Shown piece after piece: positions 55,656 through 64,000 of a stretch of 64,000 nt of DNA. The stretch is taken from NCBI GenBank assembly GCA_017517925.1, contig JAFWXS010000047.1, positions 2,864 through 66,863 on the forward strand. Direction: 5' to 3'. A program made the translations under genes and the position numbers. How positions within the stretch are numbered: position 1 is the first letter of the stretch; each line of letters opens with the position of its first letter. Source of the DNA: Bacteroidaceae bacterium (GTDB lineage: Bacteria > Bacteroidota > Bacteroidia > Bacteroidales > Bacteroidaceae). The notes under the pieces are model-generated. The model saw only the letters and a program-made list of their open reading frames with translations. It had not been told where the DNA came from and did not search any database.

Positions 55656-58600
55656 TCAAAATCTTGCCGAGAGTGTGAATGAGAACTGTCTCGCTCTGGG
55701 GTAGGAGGTACCCCACTCTTTCTTTACGGTAGAGAGCCTGCCAATATCATTCATAGTAGCACTCAATTTAAGGTAGTTGAGCGGACTCTTCTGAATCAAC
55801 GGGAACGAGGAAAAATCATATCCTACAGAGATTACAGAAAAAGCCAGTTCATTAAAGTCCTCGACAAATCTACTGGTCGGTTTGGTCGTGCTTGTATCCT
55901 TGATTGATTTGTACTTGGCAACCTGTCCAGGTGTGTTCCAACGTTCGGTCAACACACGGCGGTCAACGTTCCAATTGTTTACATCCACGTTCTCCACCTT
56001 TTCTACCAAAGTCGAATTATATGTCTGTCCACCGAATTTGTAGGCAAATGAGATATTCGCATCCAAGTTGCCCCAGCGTGCCGAACTTCCGAAGTTCCCT
56101 TGGAATGTGGGTTGTGCATCACCACACACAACTTGGTCGGCACTGTTCCATTCAAAGGTCGTTGTTCCATCTTTCTTGATAAAGACCTCCTTACCCGTGG
56201 TCGGGTCTATGCCTGCCGAGCGTACGGCCCAGATGGCGGTCATGCTTTGTCCCTCCTCATAGCGGGTAGACACTTTGCGCTGGACACTCTTTTGCTCCTC
56301 CGTTCCTGCGTAATCATCCTTGATGGCATCCTGTTCTTCATTGTATGCCCTCAATGCATTGGATATCTTTGAAATTTTATTGGTGTTGTGCGATATGTTC
56401 CAGAAGAGGTTTACTGTAGTCCTGCTTGCAGGAAGTGTGAGCAAGCGATAGTTCAATGAAAGTTCAAAACCCTTATTGAGCGTTTCGCCCAAATTCTCTT
56501 TGTAGGAGCTGAATCCTGAAGATGGGGCAAGGGTAACGTCGGTCAATAGATTCTCGGTCAGGTTGTTGTAATACTCAAATCGTCCAGACAGGTACTTCAT
56601 GATGGTGATGTCAAACCCTACGCTCTTTTCCAATTGGTATTGCCATCTCAGGTTGGGATTGGCCAATGCCATCTGTATCACTCCCATATCACCATTGTAG
56701 GTCTTATCGGTGATATAGCTATATGTTGAAAGAGCCTGATAGGAGTTGAAGTTCTGCGAGCCGGTGCGTCCTACCGAGCCACGTATCTTTAGGTAGGTCA
56801 CGACCTGTTGTTTCTTGAACCATTCTTCGTGATGCAAGTTCCATCCTGTACCCACCGACCAGAAATGTCCCCATTTGTTGTGGCTACCAAATTGCGATGA
56901 AGCATTCAGGCGATAAGATACATCGGCCAGATATCGGTCGTCATAAGAGTAGTTGACCGCACCGATGACACCGACGCTACGTACCGTGCTCTCAGAGCCA
57001 CTGGGCTTGGAGCCGGTTTCATACCCATTACCGAAGGAGATAAAGTCCATCCGGTCGCTCGGGAAGCCAATCGCGGTAAACGTCTGGTTGTTGCTGGTCG
57101 ACTCCTCAATCGAGTATTGCGCGTTGCTGAACAATTGGTGCTTCTTCAATTGAAGGTTATAGTTGATACCCACGTCGGCACTCATCTGGAGCATCTCTCC
57201 ATGTCCTTGTGTATAGGAACCTCTTTTCAGATACTCCTCCGATGAGGGCAAGATGCTGGCATACTTGGTACTCGTTGCCGGCACAAATACGTCGCTACCC
57301 TCTTTTCTCTTGTTTATACCTAAGCGTGCAGTCAGTTTTAATTGCTTCAACACGTTCCATTCCGTATAGAAGTTTTCGGTAATCAGCGTATACTTTGATT
57401 GGTTCTTGCTATTCAGTCCGGCATCGTACAATGGGTTGTAAGTACCGTTGCTATATTGTTTGATGAGTTGTCCATTGGCATCGTAAATGCGCCAATAGGG
57501 GTTCATACGTGAATGCTGGGAGAAGTCTCCATAGGGTGAGTTGTTGGCAACATTGTCATCGACGGTCAGTTGGCTGCGAAAGATGAAGTCCTTGACACGG
57601 TATGACAGGGTGATGTTTCCACTTATCGTTTGTCTTTCACTCCCTTTCATTACTCCTTGTACATTGTTATATGACATGTTTGCCGAATACAGCATGGCTC
57701 CATCGCCACCGTCCACCATCAGGGAATGCTTCTGCCCCAATCCTAAGTGCAAAGGTTGCGACATCCAGTAACTGTCCACTCCCCGAGCCACTTCATTGAA
57801 CAGTTCATAGTAGGCTGCCGTCAAGTTGGATTGGTCGTAAGCATTGGCGGTGTTGGTATATTTCCCTGCCAACACCTCTGCCTGTAGTTTTTCCGAGGCA
57901 TTACACAGGTTATAACTATTCAGGTCGGGCACGGTAAGATCCATGCTGGCATTGTATGACACCCGCAGACTTCCCGACTTGGGTTGCACGGTTTCGACCA
58001 CAACAACTCCATTGGCCGCCTTCGAGCCATATATCGCTTTCGCGGCAGCGTCCTTGAGTATGGTGATGCTGGCAATCAGATTCATGTCCATGTCTACAAT
58101 CTTCTCGAGCGAGGTCTCAAATCCGTTCAAGATGAATAGAGGTTGGTTGGGAGCAGTCTCATAGTCTCCACGAAGGTCTATGCTGCTTTGGCCACGGATC
58201 TGTATGTCAGGCATGGTGTTGGGGTCGCTACCCAACTCTGCACTTTCATTGATAATGAATGAGGGGTCTAAGTTCTTAAGGCTCTGAATGGCATTCATGC
58301 TTCCGTTGAGGCGCAGTTGGTCGCCACTATAGGTTGTGGCTGCGCCCGTGAAGGTTTCGCTCCTTCGCATAAACATACCATTGCCGATGACCTCGACATT
58401 GTTCAGCTGCACGGCGTCTTCCTTCAATGCTACGTTTATCACTTTGGACTTACCTATTTTCACCTCTTGCGATGTCATTCCCACGAAACTATATACCAGA
58501 ATCGCATCCTTGGCGTCAGGTATCGTTATCGCATAGTGGCCATCCATATCCGACACACAAGCTACCGAAGTGTTCCCTTTCATTACGACATTGGCTCCAG

Positions 58601-58718
58601 GCAGCACCTCACCTTTTGTGTCGGTAATCTTTCCTGTGACGACGATACTGGTCTGTGCCCACACCGCTTCGGTGAAGAGCAAGAGCAATAGGAGTATTTT
58701 CCAAAGTTTCCGATTCAT
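55656..58718 (-). CDS. SusC/RagA-family TonB-dependent outer-membrane transporter
   Basis: The internal ATG at 58718 gives MNRKLWKILLLLLLFTEAVWAQ. It has a carboxypeptidase-regulatory-like N-domain, a plug and barrel, and a terminal F. Confidence 0.93.
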   Translation of the reverse strand: MNRKLWKILLLLLLFTEAVWAQTSIVVTGKITDTKGEVLPGANVVMKGNTSVACVSDMDGHYAITIPDAKDAILVYSFVGMTSQEVKIGKSKVINVALKEDAVQLNNVEVIGNGMFMRRSETFTGAATTYSGDQLRLNGSMNAIQSLKNLDPSFIINESAELGSDPNTMPDIQIRGQSSIDLRGDYETAPNQPLFILNGFETSLEKIVDMDMNLIASITILKDAAAKAIYGSKAANGVVVVETVQPKSGSLRVSYNASMDLTVPDLNSYNLCNASEKLQAEVLAGKYTNTANAYDQSNLTAAYYELFNEVARGVDSYWMSQPLHLGLGQKHSLMVDGGDGAMLYSANMSYNNVQGVMKGSERQTISGNITLSYRVKDFIFRSQLTVDDNVANNSPYGDFSQHSRMNPYWRIYDANGQLIKQYSNGTYNPLYDAGLNSKNQSKYTLITENFYTEWNVLKQLKLTARLGINKRKEGSDVFVPATSTKYASILPSSEEYLKRGSYTQGHGEMLQMSADVGINYNLQLKKHQLFSNAQYSIEESTSNNQTFTAIGFPSDRMDFISFGNGYETGSKPSGSESTVRSVGVIGAVNYSYDDRYLADVSYRLNASSQFGSHNKWGHFWSVGTGWNLHHEEWFKKQQVVTYLKIRGSVGRTGSQNFNSYQALSTYSYITDKTYNGDMGVIQMALANPNLRWQYQLEKSVGFDITIMKYLSGRFEYYNNLTENLLTDVTLAPSSGFSSYKENLGETLNKGFELSLNYRLLTLPASRTTVNLFWNISHNTNKISKISNALRAYNEEQDAIKDDYAGTEEQKSVQRKVSTRYEEGQSMTAIWAVRSAGIDPTTGKEVFIKKDGTTTFEWNSADQVVCGDAQPTFQGNFGSSARWGNLDANISFAYKFGGQTYNSTLVEKVENVDVNNWNVDRRVLTERWNTPGQVAKYKSIKDTSTTKPTSRFVEDFNELAFSVISVGYDFSSFPLIQKSPLNYLKLSATMNDIGRLSTVKKEWGTSYPRARQFSFTLSARF

Positions 58719-58862
58719 AAGCAATCGTTTTTTATCAAGAAGGGCCACACCAAGATGTGGCAGAACAATAAGAAAAAGTATAGGGAGCATCCTCCAACCC
58801 TTATCCTCTTTTATGGCAAGGGGTGGTGAAGAATGCTCCCCATGTGAGTTTTGTCTAATGGA

Positions 58863-60452
58863 TTACTTCATCACTTTCTTCACCATGCCACCCTGCTTGA
58901 TGATATAAATCTGGGGTGTAGCATCTGTGGTGTAGATACGCTGGCCTGCAAGGTTGTACATCTCTACCTCTTCATTGTTGTCGGCATCAACCATATCCAC
59001 AGAGGAAGCCTTCTGTGCCAAGTCATAGATGTTAACCTCCACTACGTTAGAGGGAGCCGACTCGCCTGTTGCATAAACCGCACAGATCCAAACCTTACAA
59101 TCAGGACCTGATCCCAAGCTTACATTCTGATAGGTGTCAGGGTCATATTCTGTATTCTCAAAGTTGGTCCACCAGAATCCCTGCTTGGTTTCCCATGCAT
59201 TCACATTGTTGTAGACACCGGTCTTCTCCTCAGCAGTGAGGCCGTAGGTATAGCCTGTGCTTGCATTGTATGAACTTCCAAAGTCAACATATACCTTATA
59301 CTCGGTAATGTCCGAAGCCTCGGCGGGAACATCCCACTTCATGTTCAACTCATAGTATGTGCTTACATATCCGTTATTATCATAATCAACCTTCTTGGCA
59401 CCCAGTATCTGGAAGTTCTGCATGGGGAGGTTACCCTCGTCCTTCACGCTCACTACAGTAAAATCAGAGATGTTCTTCTTCTCGCCATTTACCACAGCAA
59501 GAACTGCCACCTGATGTTCACCGTCGAGGAGCATGGGAGTTGTGTATTCGGTTGTTTCTACCTCGACCACATTGTTGTCATACATTACTACATAGGTGGT
59601 AGCACCAGCTACGGCATCCCATGTCACCTTCACCAAGTTACCCTTGAGTGCCTCGGCCTTTACGTTGGCAGGAATCAATGATGCGTCCAATGTTGCATAT
59701 ACATATCTCCACTCCTTTTCAGTCACGCCATAGCGAGAGCTTGCCCATTCTGTTTTGGTCTTTGTCATGCCGTTCTCATAGGTATATGTGGTCTTACCTT
59801 GCAGTGTTGACCACTCCTGACCCTCACCCAAGTTAGGATTATAGTAGGCCTGTGTCATCTCAATCAAATAGCTATTCGCGTCGTAAGTATAGAACTCACC
59901 AAGACCCTTTGAATCGAACTCGCCTGTAGAATAGTTCTTATTCATCTGAATCCTTGACACGAGTTGTTTGTTCTCATTGAAAGTAAGTTCGTAGTGCACC
60001 TCATAGGTAGCCTCTCCCTCTGCATTAGTGTTCTTCATCACCTTGTAATGGCCATTCTCGAATTCCTCAAAAAGTTGACCGCCTGTCGATGTCACCTCAC
60101 CAGCCTGATCAAGGTATTGTAATGTAATCTCTGTGTTGTTGCCTTGGGTATCATACTTGTAAGTGGCAATCTGAGACTTGTAGAAAACACCGCTTGTATT
60201 CCATGTCTCTTTGGTGGCTACAGTACCGTTTTCGTTATAGGTGTAGCGATAATGGCCATAGGCACTGATTTCAATAGCCATCTTGTTGTTACTATCATAG
60301 TAATAGCAGTTAGAAGTCTCATACACCGGCTCCTCCAGTTTTTCTCCTGTAGTAGCATCGAGTGTGTTGTAGCCCTTCTGCTCCACAAGATACTGAGCCG
60401 AAAGACTTGTTGCAGCCATTACGGCAGCGAAAAGAAGTAAAGTTTTCTTCAT
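58863..60452 (-). CDS. T9SS-secreted protein with YD-like repeats and Fn3-like region
   Basis: 529 aa with a signal peptide. It carries repeated YxYDxxG/YTYENG motifs. The C-terminus (MYNLAGQRIY...IYIIKQGGMVKKVMK) looks like a Por secretion tail. Confidence 0.8.
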   Translation of the reverse strand: MKKTLLLFAAVMAATSLSAQYLVEQKGYNTLDATTGEKLEEPVYETSNCYYYDSNNKMAIEISAYGHYRYTYNENGTVATKETWNTSGVFYKSQIATYKYDTQGNNTEITLQYLDQAGEVTSTGGQLFEEFENGHYKVMKNTNAEGEATYEVHYELTFNENKQLVSRIQMNKNYSTGEFDSKGLGEFYTYDANSYLIEMTQAYYNPNLGEGQEWSTLQGKTTYTYENGMTKTKTEWASSRYGVTEKEWRYVYATLDASLIPANVKAEALKGNLVKVTWDAVAGATTYVVMYDNNVVEVETTEYTTPMLLDGEHQVAVLAVVNGEKKNISDFTVVSVKDEGNLPMQNFQILGAKKVDYDNNGYVSTYYELNMKWDVPAEASDITEYKVYVDFGSSYNASTGYTYGLTAEEKTGVYNNVNAWETKQGFWWTNFENTEYDPDTYQNVSLGSGPDCKVWICAVYATGESAPSNVVEVNIYDLAQKASSVDMVDADNNEEVEMYNLAGQRIYTTDATPQIYIIKQGGMVKKVMK

Positions 60453-60685
60453 AATGTAAATGTTTTTGTTAGTAAAGTTAGTAAATAGTGGTTATATATA
60501 ATATAATATCTTCAAGCATTGAATCAAATAGACACAACGGAAGTTGTGCAAAGGGAATCATGAACTTTTTAGTTCATCAACTGTTGTAGGTTTGTATTGC
60601 AGAGTAGCTTGAATGGTGTTTTATAGTGTCCGCCGATGCCCAATACGGAGATATTATCGTGCTATATTCTTCCATTATACATAAC

Positions 60686-60721
60686 AAAAAAGCGGGGCAC
60701 CCCACTTGCTGCTTATCCCGC
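60686..60721 (-). terminator. Intrinsic terminator at the 3' end of structured-RNA copy 2
   Basis: The RNA reads GCGGG-AUAA-GCA-(GCAAGUGGGG)-UGC-CCCGC followed by UUUUUU. Confidence 0.55.
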
Positions 60722-60978
60722 GTCCAAGGCTCTCGCATTGCCTAAACCAGTCTGGATAAGCAACACAGAAGCCCACGCCGATATGTATAATATACCACAC
60801 TCCACATCCGTGGAGATTCTCAGTGGCAATTAACACATCACGTAGACATCTACCGTTGCTCTGCTTTGACTGGTTTCTTAGAATTTGCGAGATTCTGGAT
60901 CGCCAAAGACAAAACGTCAAGTAAACGTCTTTCTCATTATGTATACCGCCCACCCTCGAAGCCCGTCGGGATGAACGA
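60686..60978 (-). ncRNA. Candidate structured noncoding RNA or cis-regulatory leader, copy 2 (~290 nt), family unknown
   Basis: It has a canonical promoter (60984-61014) and a terminator, no credible ORF, and it is collinear with copy 1 (30802-31225) with compensatory helix changes. Confidence 0.65.
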
Positions 60979-60983
60979 TGTGG

Positions 60984-61014
60984 CAAAAGTAATGCAATTT
61001 GAAGAAAAAACAAA
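60984..61014 (-). promoter_or_regulatory. Bacteroidetes-type promoter: -33 TTTG, 19-nt spacer, -7 TACTTTTG
   Basis: The minus strand reads CATTTG-(19 nt)-TACTTTTG. It lies downstream of the tRNA-Asn terminator, so it starts an independent transcript. Confidence 0.55.
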
Positions 61015-61078
61015 TGAAAATATCGTTTTTTTTTGGCAGAGCGTACAAAGTGCCTACAAGTCTCTTCCATTAAGTCAA

Positions 61079-61110
61079 ACAAAAGAGGCTCATCTCGCGA
61101 TGAACCTCTC
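61079..61110 (-). terminator. Intrinsic terminator of the tRNA-Asn pair
   Basis: The RNA reads GAGAGGUUCAUC-GCGA-GAUGAGCCUCUU followed by UUUG. The stem is 12 bp with a GNRA loop. Confidence 0.75.
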
Positions 61111-61113
61111 TTG

Positions 61114-61187
61114 CTCTTCGTCTTGGACTTGAACCAAGGACCCTCTGATTAACAGTCAGATGCTCTAACCGACTGAGCTAACGAAGA
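61114..61187 (-). tRNA. tRNA-Asn (anticodon GTT), copy 1
   Basis: The reverse complement is TCTTCGTTAGCTCAGTCGGTTAGAGCATCTGACTGTTAATCAGAGGGTCCTTGGTTCAAGTCCAAGACGAAGAG, which folds as a canonical cloverleaf. Confidence 0.95.
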
Positions 61188-61209
61188 ATATTCTAACCCT
61201 TAAATCTTG

Positions 61210-61283
61210 CTCTTCGTCTTGGACTTGAACCAAGGACCCTCTGATTAACAGTCAGATGCTCTAACCGACTGAGCTAACGAAGA
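61210..61283 (-). tRNA. tRNA-Asn (anticodon GTT), copy 2 (identical sequence)
   Basis: The same 74-nt sequence, 22 nt upstream of copy 1. Confidence 0.95.
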
Positions 61284-61452
61284 ATATTTGCGCAAAAAAG
61301 TAGTTTTGTCGGTTTTATTTCACTTTTTTGCTTGCGACTGAAAGAAAAAACGATTTTTTCTCTCAATTGCGCTGCAAAAGTAATAGGATATTTTGAAATA
61401 AGCAATAACTTTGTGGAAAAATTTACAGAAAACGACAAATAACGCTACAAAA

Positions 61453-62439
61453 ATGAAGAAAATTATAGGAATCGGCAATGCTTTGGTCGATGCGTTGGTC
61501 AGTTTGCCCAATGATGACTTGCTCCACACCTTTGGACTTCCAAAGGGTAGCATGACGCTTATCGGCGACGGGGAGCAGCAGCGTATACAGGAATGTTTCG
61601 TATCGCTCGATGTGCAACGTGCTACAGGCGGTTCGGCCGGCAACACGATGTTGGCATTGGCAAATCTTGGAGCGAAGCCCGGCTTTATCGGCGCTGTGGG
61701 TGACGATGCTACGGGACAGTTCTTCGCCACCAATTGCGAGCAATGTGGTATCGTCCCTTATCTGACAACCCTGCCTGTCCAGTCGGGAGTGGCCTACACC
61801 TTTATCTCTCCCGATGGGGAGCGCACCTTTGCCACCTATCTCGGCGCTGCTGCTATGATGGGTCCGGAGAGCCTCACTGCCGGAATGTTCGAGGGGTACG
61901 ACTACCTCTACGTGGAGGGTTATCTGGTGCAGAATCATGCGCTTATCCTCCGTGCTGTGGAGCTGGCTAAGGAGATGGGGTTGAAGGTGTGCCTCGACCT
62001 CGCGAGCTACAATATCGTGGCAGCCGACCACGAGTTCTTCACCCGACTGGTGACCGACTATGTAGACATCGTCTTTGCCAATGAGGAGGAGGCACGTGCC
62101 TTCTCGGCTGCCGACCCTGCCACTGCGCTCGAGCACTTGCACTCATTGTGCGAGGTGGCGGTAGTGAAGCTGGGTGCTGCCGGCTCTACCGTCATGTGTG
62201 AGGGTGAGAAGGCATTTGCTCCTGCAATGAAGGTCGACAAGGTGGTTGACACCACAGCGGCCGGTGACTTCTATGCAGCCGGTGTCATGTATGGTCTGAT
62301 GAATGGTTATACCTTGACCCAATGTGCTGAGATTGGCACTTTGCTCTCGGGTCACGTGATACAGACCGTGGGTACCCGCTTGCCCGAAGAGATATGGGGT
62401 AATATCAAATCTGAAATATCCAAAATAGTAGAACGATGA
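61453..62439 (+). CDS. PfkB-family adenosine kinase-like carbohydrate/nucleoside kinase
   Basis: The internal ATG at 61453 gives MKKIIGIGNALVDAL. The PfkB motifs GGSAGN and DTTAAGD are present. Confidence 0.85.
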   Translation: MKKIIGIGNALVDALVSLPNDDLLHTFGLPKGSMTLIGDGEQQRIQECFVSLDVQRATGGSAGNTMLALANLGAKPGFIGAVGDDATGQFFATNCEQCGIVPYLTTLPVQSGVAYTFISPDGERTFATYLGAAAMMGPESLTAGMFEGYDYLYVEGYLVQNHALILRAVELAKEMGLKVCLDLASYNIVAADHEFFTRLVTDYVDIVFANEEEARAFSAADPATALEHLHSLCEVAVVKLGAAGSTVMCEGEKAFAPAMKVDKVVDTTAAGDFYAAGVMYGLMNGYTLTQCAEIGTLLSGHVIQTVGTRLPEEIWGNIKSEISKIVER

Positions 62440-64000
62440 AGCATTTCCGTAAATCCGTGGTATGGTTGCTTGCCATACCGCTTGTATGTACTGCATTGGT
62501 GAGTTTCAAAGGAGATGATCGCAACTTCCTTATTTCAAAATATCTTGACATCTTCCACTCGGTATTCCGCGAGCTTGACATGATGTACGTTGACACCCTT
62601 GACGTGCCCGATGCCATAGAAACAGGTATTCACGCTATGCTTGCCGACCTCGACCCCTATACTGTATATTATCCCGAGGAGGATGACGATGACCTGAAGA
62701 TGATGATTACGGGCAAGTATGCCGGTGTGGGAGCTGTTATCCGCTACCACAAGAAGCATGACCGCGTGGTCATCGTAGAACCCTACGAGGGTATGCCGGC
62801 TCTTGATGCAGGTCTTCGTGCCGGTGACATCTTGCTCTCCATCGACGGTGAGGACCTCAAGGGGCTACCTGTAGACGAGGTGAGCTCACGTTTGCGTGGC
62901 GAGCCGGGTACCACACTTTCGGTGCGCGCCAAACGCCAGGGCGTGGCCGACAGCATCATCGAGGTGAAACTTTCGCGTGCCAATATCGCCCTTCCCTCGG
63001 TACCATATTATACGATGTTTGCCGACAGAGTAGGCTACCTCATCCTCAACAGCTTCACCGAGAACTGTGCCCGTGAGGTACGTCTGGCACTCGTGGAGCT
63101 CAAGAACCGCGGTGCCCGTAGCTTCATCCTTGACCTGCGTGGCAATGGAGGAGGTTCATTGGCCGAGGCCGTGGACATCACCGGAATGTTTGTTCCCAAG
63201 GGTACTACCGTAGTCTCTACCAAGGGCAAGATTCCCCAGGCATCGCAGACCTATAAGACCCGTCGCGAGCCGCTCGATGAGAATATGCCGCTCGTCATCC
63301 TTGTCGACGGACAGAGCGCATCGGCCTCAGAGATTGTTGCTGGTGCCATACAGGACCGTGACCGCGGTGTCATCATGGGTACTCGCACCTTCGGTAAAGG
63401 CTTGGTGCAGTCGGTACGAGAACTTCCCTATAACGCTTCGCTCAAGATTACAACTTCAAAGTATTACACTCCCTCGGGGCGTTGCGTGCAGAAGATTGAC
63501 TATTCGAAGAAGCGCTCGGCATCGGACAAGGAGGATAGCAAGGCCGACAGCGTGAAGGCTACGTTCTATACCCTATCGGGACGTCCCGTACACGAGAGCG
63601 GTGGCATAGCTCCCGATGTGGAGATTACCGCCAATCGCCTGCCCAACCTGCTGTTCTACTTGGCCAACAGTGATGTGCTGCTCGACTTCGCTACCGACTT
63701 CACACGTCGCCATGCCGCCATCGCTCCCATCGAGGAGTTTGAGGTAAGCGACAGTCTGTTCTTTGCATTCAAGGAGGCAGTCAAGGCATCGGACTTCACT
63801 TACGATCGCCAGAGCGAGAAGGCGCTGGCAGCACTCAAGGAGGTGGCCGAGTTTGAAGGTTACACCACCGATGCCGCTGCCGAGTTTGCCGCTCTGGAGA
63901 AGAAGCTCAGCCACGACGTTGACCGTGACTTCGATATTTTCAGGGATGACATCTGCCAGTTGCTTGCCGATGAACTCGCCACCCGCTACTACCATCAGCG
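62436..64000 (+). CDS. S41-family C-terminal processing peptidase (second paralog); the 3' end lies outside the window
   Basis: Missing from the ORF track because there is no stop in the window. The ATG at 62436 makes an ATGA overlap with the kinase stop. Hand translation is open to 64000 and contains the S41 motifs DLRGNGGGS, SASASEIVAGAIQD and FGKGLVQ. Confidence 0.85.
   Translation, partial: MKHFRKSVVWLLAIPLVCTALVSFKGDDRNFLISKYLDIFHSVFRELDMMYVDTLDVPDAIETGIHAMLADLDPYTVYYPEEDDDDLKMMITGKYAGVGAVIRYHKKHDRVVIVEPYEGMPALDAGLRAGDILLSIDGEDLKGLPVDEVSSRLRGEPGTTLSVRAKRQGVADSIIEVKLSRANIALPSVPYYTMFADRVGYLILNSFTENCAREVRLALVELKNRGARSFILDLRGNGGGSLAEAVDITGMFVPKGTTVVSTKGKIPQASQTYKTRREPLDENMPLVILVDGQSASASEIVAGAIQDRDRGVIMGTRTFGKGLVQSVRELPYNASLKITTSKYYTPSGRCVQKIDYSKKRSASDKEDSKADSVKATFYTLSGRPVHESGGIAPDVEITANRLPNLLFYLANSDVLLDFATDFTRRHAAIAPIEEFEVSDSLFFAFKEAVKASDFTYDRQSEKALAALKEVAEFEGYTTDAAAEFAALEKKLSHDVDRDFDIFRDDICQLLADELATRYYHQ

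Noticed and set aside
60686-60978. The structured RNA as a known housekeeping RNA (RNase P, tmRNA, 6S, SRP) or a known riboswitch (cobalamin, TPP)
   Set aside because: None of the signature motifs I can recall is present. That covers the RNase P GGAAAGUCCGG / ACAGAACCCGGCUUA motifs, the tRNA-like 3' end and tag ORF of tmRNA, the SRP GGAA/AGCA loop, the B12 box and the TPP CUGAGA...ACCUGA motif. Two paralogs in 30 kb also argues against a single-copy housekeeping RNA. This was judged by eye only, and an Rfam scan is still needed.

Overview
This 64 kb window is a chromosomal segment of a Bacteroidales, Prevotellaceae-like bacterium. That assignment rests on SusC/SusD genes, several proteins with T9SS C-terminal sorting domains, and TAnnTTTG-type -7 promoter boxes. 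Most of it is housekeeping: pyrH, a POT peptide transporter, miaB, dcp, dCMP deaminase, two S41 peptidases, metF, purH, the mreBCD-mrdA-rodA operon, pnp, rnr, pepC, ybeY, typA, queG, pdxB, a CoA-transferase and adenosine kinase. RNA genes are one tRNA-Leu(CAA) and a tandem pair of tRNA-Asn(GTT). I saw no rRNA, CRISPR array, integrase or transposase.

The accessory or unusual parts are:
1. 1-807: an AT-rich gene cut by the window edge, next to tRNA-Leu. It fuses an ART-fold-like N-terminus to a NADAR domain.
2. About 26.4-30.8 kb: an AT-rich island. It carries a 1110-aa BspA-type LRR T9SS protein that is translationally coupled to two small AT-rich ORFs, one of which has an R-x4-H HEPN-like motif.
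3. 30.7-31.8 kb: more than 1 kb of noncoding DNA. It holds a roughly 420-nt structured-RNA candidate with its own promoter and terminator, plus a perfect 38-bp inverted repeat enclosing a 22-bp tandem array.
4. 60.69-60.98 kb: a second, diverged copy of the same RNA, immediately downstream of the tRNA-Asn pair and upstream of another T9SS cargo gene.
5. 45.9-58.7 kb: a non-glycan SusC/SusD locus (DUF4843, PKD-like, TlpA-like, hydrolase and Zn-protease-like genes).
6. Several families of intergenic palindromic or word-repeat elements.

The paired structured RNA is my top candidate for something undescribed. Both copies keep their helices through compensatory base changes, and both have a terminator that competes with a conserved helix. 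The HEPN-like operon directly downstream of copy 1 adds to the interest.
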